47,991 bases of DNA from an uncultured Halobacteriales archaeon (GTDB lineage Archaea; Halobacteriota; Halobacteria; Halobacteriales; Haloarculaceae), in contig CAYWNQ010000001.1 in NCBI GenBank assembly GCA_964459695.1, positions 1-47,991 of the forward strand, read 5' to 3'. The position numbers were made by a program, and so were the translations under genes. The notes under the pieces were generated by a model. That model was not told the DNA's origin. It ran no database searches and worked only from the letters and a program-made list of their open reading frames with translations. Numbering within the stretch: position 1 is the stretch's first letter; the number at the start of each line of letters is the position of its first letter. Shown piece by piece: positions 32,156 through 40,781 of the stretch.

Positions 32156-32628
32156 TCCCGGTCGGCGACGGTCTCGCCGTCGTGGGTGACGACGACGCTG
32201 CCGACCTCGCCGTCGTAGTCGACGGTCGCCTCGTAGTCGATGTCGACGATGCACTGGATGCAGGCCGTCTCGTCGCCGCCCTCCTCGCGGGTCGTCACGG
32301 CGACCCGGAGCTCGTCGCCGTCGAAGGCCGCGCGCTCCAGTACCGCCGTGTAGCAGCCGTTGTTGCCGGTGGCCGTCCCGTCGACGGTCACCGTGCCGTC
32401 CTCGCTGGTCACCGTGGCACCGGCGCCGCCGGTGCCACAGCTCTGGTCGGTGACGGCGAACCCGGTGTCCGTGACCGCCGGCTCGGGCGTCGGTGACGGC
32501 GTGGGCGTCGGCGTCGCCTCGTCGGTGGGCGTGTCGTCGCCGTCCCCGCCGGGTGCGCCCTGGCCGAGGCAGCCGGCGAGCCCCGCCGCGATTCCCGCAC
32601 CGGCAGTGAGCAGCGTCCGTCGTCGCAT
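32149..32628 (-). CDS. secreted lipoprotein of unknown function (Tat signal + lipobox)
   Basis: The leader is MRRRTLLTAGAGIAAGLAGC. A Thr/Pro linker and a beta-rich acidic domain with 4 Cys follow. Confidence 0.75.
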   Translation of the reverse strand: MRRRTLLTAGAGIAAGLAGCLGQGAPGGDGDDTPTDEATPTPTPSPTPEPAVTDTGFAVTDQSCGTGGAGATVTSEDGTVTVDGTATGNNGCYTAVLERAAFDGDELRVAVTTREEGGDETACIQCIVDIDYEATVDYDGEVGSVVVTHDGETVADRDY

Positions 32629-32729
32629 ACCTCGACGGATGGGTGGCTCGGAAAAACCCCTTCCCCATCCTCAAACGTCCGTTTGAACCATCCGACAGCG
32701 ATAAGCGGCCGGCCCCGGAGACCGGCTGT

Positions 32730-33200
32730 ATGCACCCCCGCGCCAGCGAGTTCGCCGACCGGGCGGCCGACGAGCACGGCGTCTCGGTGGAGGTCAGGGA
32801 GTTCCAGTCCGGCACCAGGACAGCCGGCGACGCCGCCGAGGCCATCGGTTGCGACGTGGCCCAGATCGCCTCCAGCCTGGCGTTCGCCGTCGACGGCGAG
32901 CTGGTGGTCGTCGTCACGAGCGGGGCCAACCGGGTCGACGAGGCGCGGCTGGCCGACCTGCTCGACGCCGACGAGGTGCGGATGGCCGAGGCCGACGAGG
33001 TCAAGGAGACGCTGGGCTGGGCCATCGGCGGCGTCCCGCCGTTCTGTCACGACCGCGCGGTACCGACCTACGTCGACGAGACGCTGCTCGCCCACGACGT
33101 CGTCTGGGCCGCCGCCGGCACCCCCGACGCGGTGTTCCCCATCGACCCGGCGCGGCTCCGGGCGGTCGCCGACGCGACGCCGGTCGCCGTCACCGGCTGA
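32730..33200 (+). CDS. YbaK/EbsC-family aminoacyl-tRNA deacylase domain protein
   Basis: MHPRASEFADRAADEHGVSVEVREF..TAGDAAEAIGCDVAQIASSLAF..GWAIGGVPPF matches the YbaK pattern. The ATG at 32730 is in frame in ORF 32643-33200. Confidence 0.85.
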   Translation: MHPRASEFADRAADEHGVSVEVREFQSGTRTAGDAAEAIGCDVAQIASSLAFAVDGELVVVVTSGANRVDEARLADLLDADEVRMAEADEVKETLGWAIGGVPPFCHDRAVPTYVDETLLAHDVVWAAAGTPDAVFPIDPARLRAVADATPVAVTG

Positions 33201-33246
33201 GACCGCGGCGGACCTTTCTCCCCCCGTCTCGTCGTTGTCACCGACG

Positions 33247-33452
33247 ATGTGGCTGGCGACGCTGTTCGACCCCGACTCCGTCGCCCTGGTCGGGGCCTCC
33301 GGGAGCCGGGCTCGGTCGGTCGAGCCGTCCTCGAGAACCTCCGACGGTTCGACGGCGAGGTGGTGGCCGTCAACCCGGGCTACGACCCCGCCCTCGGCGT
33401 CGAGCGCCACGACGAGCTGCCGCGGCGGGTCGACCTCGCGGACGACGCCTGA
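33247..33452 (+). pseudogene. N-terminal remnant of an ADP-forming acyl/acetyl-CoA synthetase (CoA-binding domain), frameshifted and truncated
   Basis: MWLATLFDPDSVALVGAS (frame of ATG 33247) continues in the +2 frame as REPGSVGRAVLENLRRFDGEVVAVNPGYDPALG.. This is the typical start of ACD alpha subunits. The shift lies near 33298-33303 and a stop follows after ~68 codons. Confidence 0.6.
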
Positions 33453-33625
33453 ACCGTCGGCACCTTTTATACTGGCGGCGAACCGACCGTCGCGTGGAGC
33501 CGAGACGGGCTCCGTAGTGTCACACGGGGGCACACACCCCCCGGCGCACTACCGCCACATCGCGACGGCGGCGTGCGGTAGCCGCTCCGCGCGGGCCGCG
33601 GTTCTCCGACGCTCAGACGGGTCGG

Positions 33626-34015
33626 TCAGGCGTGGCGCTCGATCAGTCCCGCGAGTTCGGCCTTCTCGGTGACCCCCACGACGCGCTCGGCAGGTTCGCC
33701 GCCGGCGAACAGCACCAGCGTCGGCACTCCCTGGACGCCGAACTCCCCGGCCAGCCCCTGGTGGGCGTCGACGTCGACCTTCGCGACCGCCGCCCGGGTC
33801 TCGGCGGCCAGCTCCTCGACGACCGGCTCGAGCATCTTGCACGGCCCACACCAGTCGGCGTAGAAGTCCGCGAGCACGACGTCGTGCTCCTCGCGGAGCT
33901 CCCGGAGGTGGTCGGGTCCCTCGACGTGGACCGGTTCCTCCGGCACGTCGACCGCCGCGAGCAGCTCCTCGCGCTTGCGCTCCCTGATGTCCTCGGCGTC
34001 GTCCGCACGTCCCAT
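33626..34015 (-). CDS. trxA: thioredoxin
   Basis: The WCGPC active site is present (ADFYADWCGPCKMLEP). The start is ATG comp. 34013-34015 (MGRADDAEDI..). Confidence 0.9.
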   Translation of the reverse strand: MGRADDAEDIRERKREELLAAVDVPEEPVHVEGPDHLRELREEHDVVLADFYADWCGPCKMLEPVVEELAAETRAAVAKVDVDAHQGLAGEFGVQGVPTLVLFAGGEPAERVVGVTEKAELAGLIERHA

Positions 34016-34158
34016 GCGTCGACGATGGGGCCGGGGGCAGATAAGTACCGCGCGCTCGGGTCGGCCCGTGCCTGTGCCGGCCAGCCGGTGGCGTGGCCGC
34101 AAGACGGCCGGCGAACGCGCGCAGCAACCATTAAGTCCCGGCCCCCCAAGCCGCCGGT

Positions 34159-34461
34159 ATGGGCGTCCAGCAGGAGTCCGCTCCCCAGGAGATAACCAAC
34201 CTGGTCGGTCGCGAAGTGTACTCGAACAACGGCGTGTTCGTCGGCGAGGTCGAGGACCTCCGGCTCGACCTCGACCGCCAGCAGGTCACGGGGCTGGCAC
34301 TCGCGGACCTCAACGTCGAGCTGTTCCGGGACGCCGTCGAGGGGTCGCGGGGGGTCATCCTGCCGTACCGCTGGGTGCGGGCCGTCGGCGACGTCGTGCT
34401 GGTCAACGACGTCGTCGAGCGCATCCGCGAGGCCGACGAGGACGAGGAAGCGGCGGCCTGA
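34159..34461 (+). CDS. PRC-barrel domain protein
   Basis: ITNLVGREVYSNNGVFVGEVEDLRLDLDRQQVTGLAL..VILPYRWVRAVGDVVLV is the PRC-barrel pattern common in haloarchaea. Confidence 0.8.
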   Translation: MGVQQESAPQEITNLVGREVYSNNGVFVGEVEDLRLDLDRQQVTGLALADLNVELFRDAVEGSRGVILPYRWVRAVGDVVLVNDVVERIREADEDEEAAA

Positions 34462-34493
34462 CCGGAGCCCGGCGGGCGTGACCGCGCCGCCAC

Positions 34494-35630
34494 TCACCGC
34501 TCGTCCAGCGGCGTCCACGTCCGGCCCTCGGCACCGACGTACCTGCTCCGGGGCCGGATGAGCCGGTTGTCGGCCTTCTGCTCGAGGGCGTGGGCCGTCC
34601 AGCCGCCGACCCGCGCCACGCCGAACGTCGCCGAGAACAGGTCCCGGGGGACGCCAACCCCGTGGAGCAGCGCGGCGGTGTAGAACTCCACGTTGGTCTC
34701 CAGGACCCTGTCGGGACTGTGCTCGGCCAGCAGGTCGGTCGCGACCTCCTCCACCTCGGTGACCGTCTCGAAGAAGCGCTGGCCGTCGGGCGAGACCTCG
34801 TAGAACGTCCGCGCGGCCGCCGAGAGGACGGCTGCACGGGGGTCCCGGGTGCGGTACACCCGGTGGCCGAAGCCCATCAGGCGCTCGCCCGCCTCGAGCC
34901 GGTTCCGCAGCCAGCCCTCGGCGTCACCGGAGTCGTGGATCGCCAGCAGCATGTCCAGCACCGGGCCCGGGGCACCGCCGTGGAGCGGCCCCTTCAGCGC
35001 ACCGACGGCGGCGGTCACCGCCGACACGACGTCGGATTCGGTCGACACGACCGTCCGCGCGGCGAACGTCGAGGCGTTGAAGCCGTGGTCGACGACGGTG
35101 TTGAGGTAGGTCTCCAGACCCCTGACGGCTGCCTCGTCGGGCTCGTCGCCGGTGAGCATGTGGAGGTAGTTGGCGGCGTGGCCCAGGTCGGCCCGCGGCG
35201 GGACGTAGTCCTCGCCCTCGCGGAACCGGTGGAACGCGGCGACCACGGTGGGGACCACGGCGACGGCACGGCGTGCCGCCGACGCGTCGTCGCCGTCGCC
35301 CGCGAGGTCGGCCGCGGCGACGCCCATCCGGAGCGCGTCCATCGCGCCCCGGTCGGCCTCGGCGGCCCGCCGGAGCACGTCCCTGACCGCCGGGTCGACC
35401 TCCCGCCGGTCAGCCAGGTCGGCCCGGAACGCCGACAGCTCGTCGGCGTCGGGGAGCCGGTCCTCGTACAGCAGGAACAGCGTCTCCTCGTAGGTCGCGC
35501 GGTCGGCCAGCTCCGCGAGCGGGTAGCCCGCGACGACGAGCTCGCCGGCCTCGCCGTCGATGCGCGAGAGCCGGGTGTCGCCCGCCACGACGCCCTCGAG
35601 CCCCGGGTGGTAGTTCAGATCGTCCGTCAT
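34494..35630 (-). CDS. citZ: citrate synthase
   Basis: MTDDLNYHPGLEGVVAGDT..HGFNASTFAARTV..GALKGPLHGGA..MGFGHRVYRTRDPR..NVEFYTA are the citrate synthase catalytic His/His/Asp blocks. The start is ATG comp. 35628-35630. Confidence 0.92.
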   Translation of the reverse strand: MTDDLNYHPGLEGVVAGDTRLSRIDGEAGELVVAGYPLAELADRATYEETLFLLYEDRLPDADELSAFRADLADRREVDPAVRDVLRRAAEADRGAMDALRMGVAAADLAGDGDDASAARRAVAVVPTVVAAFHRFREGEDYVPPRADLGHAANYLHMLTGDEPDEAAVRGLETYLNTVVDHGFNASTFAARTVVSTESDVVSAVTAAVGALKGPLHGGAPGPVLDMLLAIHDSGDAEGWLRNRLEAGERLMGFGHRVYRTRDPRAAVLSAAARTFYEVSPDGQRFFETVTEVEEVATDLLAEHSPDRVLETNVEFYTAALLHGVGVPRDLFSATFGVARVGGWTAHALEQKADNRLIRPRSRYVGAEGRTWTPLDER

Positions 35631-35805
35631 CGGTTCGGGGTTGGGTGGCGTCGCGAATAGTGGTTTGCGTCGAGGAACCGGAGCGAGTTGCGGGTCGACG
35701 GGCACCGGGGGTTCCGGACCGCTCCATCCGAGAGGGCCCCACGGCACTCCCGCACCGCCGCTCTCCGTGGTCGGGGAGGTCCCGAGCGCCACGACCACGT
35801 GGGGG

Positions 35806-37254
35806 CTAGGAGCCGTTCGATCCCTCGCTGCCCTCCACGCCCATCGCGGCGAACAGCTTCGACCGGACGGCCTCCTCGGTCAGCTCCAGCAGCGTCTCGC
35901 GGTTGTCCTCGGTGGTCTCGATGCCGGTGAAGATGCCCAGCGGGATCTCCGCCGAGGCGTCCGTGGAGTGACCGACGACCTGGCCCATCTCGCCGAACGC
36001 GCTCTGGAGGACGTTGCCGATGTCCATCCGGATGTCCTTCGAGCGGGCCGCGAGGTAGATCTCCTCGTCGGCGATGGCGAAGACGGCGGTCGTCGTGATG
36101 CCCTCGAGGTTCAGGAGGTGCTGGGCCGCCTGCGAGAGCGCGTCGCGGTCGGTGATGAACCCGGCGTTGGAGACCAGGTGGCTGCCCTTTACCTCGCGGT
36201 TCCGGATGGCCTCGGCGAGCACGTCCAGGGTCTCCGGACTCATCGACGGCGACTCGACCTGCTCGAGGGTGTCGTGGTCGGCGAAGGGGTAGAGGTACGC
36301 CGCAGCCGTCAGGTCCGCCGGCGTCGTGTCGCGCTTGAAGTCCAGGGTCTCGGCCCGGATGCCGTACAGGAGGGCGGTGGCGACCTCCTCGGTCAGGCTG
36401 AGGTCGAACTCCTGGAGGTACTTCGTGAGGATGGTCGACGTCGAGGAGACGTTCGGCCGGATGTCGACGAACCCCGCGTCGTACTCCACGTCGGGTTCGA
36501 AGTGGTCGATGAGCACGTCGACCTCACGGTCCATCTGCGGGTCGGTCGCCTTGGCGTAGTCGACCAGCGCGATGGTGTCGTAGTCGGCCAGGTCCACCTC
36601 CTCGCGGGGCGTCAGCTCGATGCCCAGGAGGTTGACGAACGCCCGGTTCTCCTGGTGGCCGATCTCGCCCTCGTAGATGATGTCGGCCTCGACGTCCCGG
36701 GAGGCCGCGATGGCCTGGAGCGCGACCGCCGACGCGATGGAGTCGGGGTCGGGCGAGCGGTGGGCGAAGATGGCCAGCCGGTCGCCGGAGTCGATGACGG
36801 CGGCGAGCTTCTCGGCCTTGTACTCCAGCTCCCCGGACTCCAGCGAGCGCAGCGCCGAGTCGGCGATGACCGCCGAGGGGTTGATGACCACGTCGGCGCC
36901 GGCCCCGCGTATCTCGTCGGCGCTGATGGGGTCCGAGGCACGGACCACCACGAACTGGTCGCCACCGCGCTCGCGAATGTTCCGGACGGCCTCCTCGTTG
37001 GCGTCGACGTCGGAGGACATGATGAGGACGACGTCGCGGTCGGCGACGGCCTCGGCCACCTCCTCGTCGCGGATGTCCGCCGTCCGGGCGTCGAGGTCCT
37101 GGTCCCGGAGGGCCTCGACGCGGCCCTCGTCGCGGTCGATGATGAGCACGTCCTTGCCCTCCTCGACGAGCCCGTCGGCGACGGCGTGGCCCACGCTGCC
37201 ACAGCCCAGAATGGCGTACGACGACATCGAGGCCATCGAGATGGCGTCACTCAT
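35806..37254 (-). CDS. DHH/DHHA1 phosphoesterase with an N-terminal TrkA-N (Rossmann) domain
   Basis: The TrkA-N part is YAILGCGSVGHAVADGLVEEGKDVLIIDRD. DHH-family blocks follow (AIFAHRSPDPDSIASAVAL, DHFEP, GHSTDASAEIP). The start is ATG comp. 37252-37254. Confidence 0.85.
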   Translation of the reverse strand: MSDAISMASMSSYAILGCGSVGHAVADGLVEEGKDVLIIDRDEGRVEALRDQDLDARTADIRDEEVAEAVADRDVVLIMSSDVDANEEAVRNIRERGGDQFVVVRASDPISADEIRGAGADVVINPSAVIADSALRSLESGELEYKAEKLAAVIDSGDRLAIFAHRSPDPDSIASAVALQAIAASRDVEADIIYEGEIGHQENRAFVNLLGIELTPREEVDLADYDTIALVDYAKATDPQMDREVDVLIDHFEPDVEYDAGFVDIRPNVSSTSTILTKYLQEFDLSLTEEVATALLYGIRAETLDFKRDTTPADLTAAAYLYPFADHDTLEQVESPSMSPETLDVLAEAIRNREVKGSHLVSNAGFITDRDALSQAAQHLLNLEGITTTAVFAIADEEIYLAARSKDIRMDIGNVLQSAFGEMGQVVGHSTDASAEIPLGIFTGIETTEDNRETLLELTEEAVRSKLFAAMGVEGSEGSNGS

Positions 37255-37348
37255 TCGTCGGAAGTGTGGTACGACGCTACTTAAATCGCGCACCTTCGCA
37301 CGGGGGGAACACAACCTATTTGGGTGAACCCCGGTAACTCGAATCCGC

Positions 37349-37422
37349 GGGCCGATAGCTCAGTCAGGGAGAGCGACGGCCTCTTAAGCCGTCGGTCGAG
37401 GGTTCAAATCCCTCTCGGCCCG
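37349..37422 (+). tRNA. tRNA-Lys (anticodon CUU)
   Basis: Hand-folded cloverleaf. The acceptor is GGGCCGA/TCGGCCC, the D arm GCTC-AGTCAGGGA-GAGC, the anticodon arm ACGGC-CTCTTAA-GCCGT (CTT at 37383-37385) and the T arm GAGGG-TTCAAAT-CCCTC. The discriminator is G and no CCA is encoded. Confidence 0.95.
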
Positions 37423-37545
37423 CTCCTGCGACGAACGGACGTGAGGAGCGGAGCGGCCGGGGATTTGAACGAGAGGAGACGCAGCCCGCGCAGCGTAGCG
37501 AGCAGGAACGTCTCCGCGTAGTTCAAATCCCGGTAGGCTCAGTTC
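37423..37545. repeat. tRNA-trailing palindromic element A with T-loop-mimicking arms
   Basis: The small hairpin is cgctcc/ggagcg (37421-26 / 37445-50). The long hairpin arms are ccggggatttgaac (37457-70) and gttcaaatcccgg (37521-33). The inner 7-bp stem is ggagacg/cgtctcc (37475-81 / 37509-15). The core gcgcagcgtagcgagca is shared with element B. Confidence 0.6.
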
Positions 37546-37605
37546 CGCCTAGGGTACTTAAGGCCACAGCTTACTTCCCCGACCCGTCCCAACCGTCCCG
37601 CCGCC

Positions 37606-37734
37606 ATGTCGGGCTTCCAGACCTACGACTGCACGAACTGCGGCACCGCCTTCGTGGCCTATCCGGACGCCAACGCCACCGACGGCCCGTACTGCAGTCC
37701 GGCCTGCGAGTCGGCGGGCGAGGGCTACGCCTGA
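37606..37734 (+). CDS. 42-aa zinc-ribbon micro-protein (not in the ORF track)
   Basis: MSGFQTYDCTNCGTAFVAYPDANATDGPYCSPACESAGEGYA carries CxxC..CxxxC. GC3 is high. Confidence 0.5.
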   Translation: MSGFQTYDCTNCGTAFVAYPDANATDGPYCSPACESAGEGYA

Positions 37735-37740
37735 GCTCGG

Positions 37741-39222
37741 CTACTGCTCGGGGCTGTAGTTGGGCGCCTCGTCGGTGATGACGACGTCGTGGGGGTGGCT
37801 CTCCTGCTGGCCCGCCGGCGAGACCCGGACGAACTCGCTGCGCTCCTTGAACGCGGGCAGCGTCTCGGCGCCGACGTAGCCCATCCCCGACTGCATCCCG
37901 CCGACGAGCTGGTGGAGCTCGTCCTCCAGGGGGCCCTTGTAGGGCTTGGCGGCCTCGACGCCCTCGGGGACGTACTCCTCGTCGGCCTCGTCGTCCTTGA
38001 GGTAGCGGTCGCCGCCGCCGGACTGCATCGCGCCGACGCTGCCCATGCCGCGGTACTGCTTGTACTTCTTGCCGTTCATCGTGATGACTCGCCCGGGGGC
38101 CTCGTCGGTGCCGGCGAAGTACGAGCCCAGCATCACCGCGTCGGCACCGGCGGCGATGGCCTTGATGGCGTCGCCGGAGTAGCGGATGCCGCCGTCGGCG
38201 ATGACCGGCACGCCGTGGCGGCTCGCGACGTCGGCCACCTCGGCGATGGCGGTGATCTGGGGCATGCCGGCGCCGGTGACGACCCGCGTGGTGCAGATCG
38301 AGCCCGGACCGATGCCGACCTTCACGCCGTCGGCGAAGTCGACGACGTCCTCGGCGGCGGCGCTGGTGCCGATGTTGCCGACGACCACGTCCGCGGCGAC
38401 GTCGCCGGCGATGGTGCGGGCGCTGTCGATGACGTCGAGGTTGTGGGCGTGGGCGCAGTCGATGAACAGCACGTCGGCACCGGCCTCGTCGGCGGCGGCG
38501 GCGCGCTCGTGCTCGAATGGGCCGACGGCGACCCCGACCCGGAGCGCGCCCTCCTCGTCGCGTGCGGCGTCGTCGTACTCCCGCCGCGAGAGGATGCCCC
38601 GCATCGTGACGAGGCCGGTGAGCCGGTCGCGCTCGTCGACGACCGGGACGCGCTCGATCTTGTGCTGGTACATCAGCTCCAATGCCTCGCGGGTGTCGAC
38701 GCCCTCCTCGACGGTGACGACCTCGTCGGTCATCGCCTCCCGGACTGGGTCGTCCTCGTTGATGCCGAGGTACGGCCGGATGTCGGTGCCGGAGATGATG
38801 CCCAGCACCCGGTCGTCGTCGTCGACCACCGGCGCGCCGGAGACGTCCTCGCGGTCCATCAGCCGGTCGACCTCCGCGACGGTCTGGTCCGGTTCGGCGG
38901 TCACGACGTCGCGGATGACCAGCTCGTCGGCGCGCTTGACCGTCTCGACCTGCCGGGCGGTCTCCTCGGGCTGCATGTTGCGGTGGAGGACCCCGAGCCC
39001 GCCCTGGCGGGCCATCTCGACGGCGAGTTCGGCCTCGGTGACGGTGTCCATCGCCGCCGAGAGCACGGGCACCGTCAGCTCGACCCCGGTGGTGACCTGC
39101 GTCGTCAGGTCCGCGTCGTCGGGCTCCACGCGGCTCTCCTTGGGCCGGAGGAGCACGTCGTCGAACGTGAGGGCGTCCGGAACGCGGAGTTTCTCCGAGA
39201 AGAACGCGGAGTCGTTCGCCAT
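37741..39222 (-). CDS. guaB: IMP dehydrogenase
   Basis: [27 protein letters not shown].. followed by a tandem CBS insert. The catalytic loop is [11 protein letters not shown], and GGIRYSGD is present. The start is ATG comp. 39220-39222. Confidence 0.95.
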   Translation of the reverse strand: MANDSAFFSEKLRVPDALTFDDVLLRPKESRVEPDDADLTTQVTTGVELTVPVLSAAMDTVTEAELAVEMARQGGLGVLHRNMQPEETARQVETVKRADELVIRDVVTAEPDQTVAEVDRLMDREDVSGAPVVDDDDRVLGIISGTDIRPYLGINEDDPVREAMTDEVVTVEEGVDTREALELMYQHKIERVPVVDERDRLTGLVTMRGILSRREYDDAARDEEGALRVGVAVGPFEHERAAAADEAGADVLFIDCAHAHNLDVIDSARTIAGDVAADVVVGNIGTSAAAEDVVDFADGVKVGIGPGSICTTRVVTGAGMPQITAIAEVADVASRHGVPVIADGGIRYSGDAIKAIAAGADAVMLGSYFAGTDEAPGRVITMNGKKYKQYRGMGSVGAMQSGGGDRYLKDDEADEEYVPEGVEAAKPYKGPLEDELHQLVGGMQSGMGYVGAETLPAFKERSEFVRVSPAGQQESHPHDVVITDEAPNYSPEQ

Positions 39223-39337
39223 GTAATCGGTGGTGGCGCCCGGGACTAAAACGTTGCGAGACACCCGGTAGGGCGGCCAGGCCCCGTGTGGACGCGACCC
39301 ACGCAACGCTTATCCCCGCGTCGCCAGTTTTGCCGGT

Positions 39338-39547
39338 ATGGACTCCGCCAGTCCCACCCAGTCGCGTACCGTCCGTCGGCACAGCCCCGTCTCCGGGGCG
39401 CCGACATTCGGGGACGGTACCGGGAAAACGGCGGAGTCGCGCCAGGTGTCCTTCCTGTTCGACTGGTTTGCCGACCTCGCGTCGGCCCCGACCAGGCACC
39501 GCGGCGCACACCACCGCCGGGCCACCGGAGAGGCCCACGCTCCCTGA
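39338..39547 (+). CDS. possible 69-aa basic small protein upstream of the membrane protein gene
   Basis: GC3 is high throughout. A TATA-like cgcttatcc lies ~25-30 nt upstream, and the stop is 3 nt before the next ATG. The basic composition is unusual for a halophile and I recognise no family. Confidence 0.35.
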   Translation: MDSASPTQSRTVRRHSPVSGAPTFGDGTGKTAESRQVSFLFDWFADLASAPTRHRGAHHRRATGEAHAP

Positions 39548-39550
39548 GGC

Positions 39551-40465
39551 ATGAGCGTCTCGCGGCACCCGATAGCGCTCCGGCTAGAGCGCACCGTGGG
39601 CGAGGGGACCAGACTCCTGGCCGTCGTGATGGGGCTCCCGCTGGTCGACGGCATCTTCCCGGCCCTCGTGCTGGCCGGTGCCGTCGGCAGTCCGCTGGGG
39701 ATCCTCGAGATCGGCCTGCTCGTGTTCGGCGGGTCGGCCACCGTCGCGGTCGTGCTGGCCGAGATGGAGGGCTCGCGGCGCGACCAGGTGACCCGCGTGC
39801 TGGCGGTCGGCACCATCGTGGTCGCCGTCGCCGCCCTGGAGGCCGCACTCGCGCCGACCATCGCCGGCCTGCTCGACCTCGCCACCTTCGAGCGGTTCGC
39901 CGCGCTGGTCATCCTCGCCGTCGCCGCCAAGACGGCGTCGGCCACCGTCGGCGAGTACCTCCCGCGTCCCGCCGTCATCGTAGGCCTCGGACTGGTGGCC
40001 AGCTTCCAGCCCACCGACCCGACGCTGCGGCTGGCCGCCGACCCGATGCTGGTCGCGCAGGGCGCCGCCGCTGCGGCGGTCGGCGTCGGCTTCGCCCTGG
40101 CCGTCGCACTGGCGGCCCCGTGGCTCCGCGGGTCGGTCGACCTCGACCGGTTCCGGTTCGGCAGCGCCGTCGCACTGGGCGTGCTCCCCCTGTCGCTGCT
40201 GGGGGTCGTCTCGGCGGACGTCCCGCTGGCGCTGTCGGTGCTGGCGGTGACCGCCGTGCTGTCGTTCGATCCGGACGGCCTCTGGAACCCGCTGCCCGCC
40301 ACGGCCATCGCCGCCGAGGACGACGGCGCCGGGACCGACCCCGCCGCCGTGACCGAGTCGACGACCGCCGACGGCGGTCCCACGACTCCCGAGTCCGATG
40401 GCACCGACACCGACCCGTCGGGCACCCCGGGCGTCTCGGACGGCGACCGGGCGCCGTGGCTCTGA
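39551..40465 (+). CDS. conserved haloarchaeal polytopic membrane protein with an acidic Thr/Asp/Pro-rich tail (possibly DUF5794; name from memory)
   Basis: 304 aa with ~7 hydrophobic helices (LLAVVMGLPLVDGIFPALVLAGAV..) and a C-terminal low-complexity acidic tail. Confidence 0.8.
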   Translation: MSVSRHPIALRLERTVGEGTRLLAVVMGLPLVDGIFPALVLAGAVGSPLGILEIGLLVFGGSATVAVVLAEMEGSRRDQVTRVLAVGTIVVAVAALEAALAPTIAGLLDLATFERFAALVILAVAAKTASATVGEYLPRPAVIVGLGLVASFQPTDPTLRLAADPMLVAQGAAAAAVGVGFALAVALAAPWLRGSVDLDRFRFGSAVALGVLPLSLLGVVSADVPLALSVLAVTAVLSFDPDGLWNPLPATAIAAEDDGAGTDPAAVTESTTADGGPTTPESDGTDTDPSGTPGVSDGDRAPWL

Positions 40466-40506
40466 GGGAGGACAACGCTTAGGCCCCTCCGTCGCCCTGT
40501 TCCGGT

Positions 40507-40734
40507 ATGGCCGACAACCGGGTCGTGCAGGGGCGGATGGTGACCCCCGGCAAGCTCGCCGAGCTGGTCGAGGGCGACGACGTGATGGACGCCGAGGCCA
40601 TCGAGGACGCCGACGTCGACTGTCCCGACTGCGGCGGCGACGTGCTGGCCGTCGGCTACATGCCCAGCGTCACCGAGTTCGTGACCGGATACAAGTGCCA
40701 GGACTGCGACTGGGCCGACGACGACCGCGAGTAG
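40507..40734 (+). CDS. 75-aa zinc-ribbon protein
   Basis: The CxxC pairs are CPDCGG..CQDC. The ORF is acidic with good GC3. Confidence 0.7.
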   Translation: MADNRVVQGRMVTPGKLAELVEGDDVMDAEAIEDADVDCPDCGGDVLAVGYMPSVTEFVTGYKCQDCDWADDDRE

Positions 40735-40781
40735 CACGGACCGTAACCCCTTTCACCCGAACCAGCGTACCGCCGGCCCGC

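Noticed and set aside
37457-37533. GTTCAAATCC-containing arms (also 41004-41072) as tRNA genes, tRNA pseudogenes or attL/attR duplications.
   Set aside because: No acceptor, D or anticodon arms can be folded around them, and the flanking 5-nt segments do not pair as a T stem. The tRNA-identical stretch is only 11-15 nt and no integrase is adjacent. They are kept as an unexplained repeat rather than called tRNA or att.
37571-39568. 665-aa ORF and 37789-39249 (+) over guaB.
   Set aside because: They are out-of-frame or antisense shadows of IMP dehydrogenase, whose catalytic and CBS motifs are unambiguous in the 37741-39222 frame.
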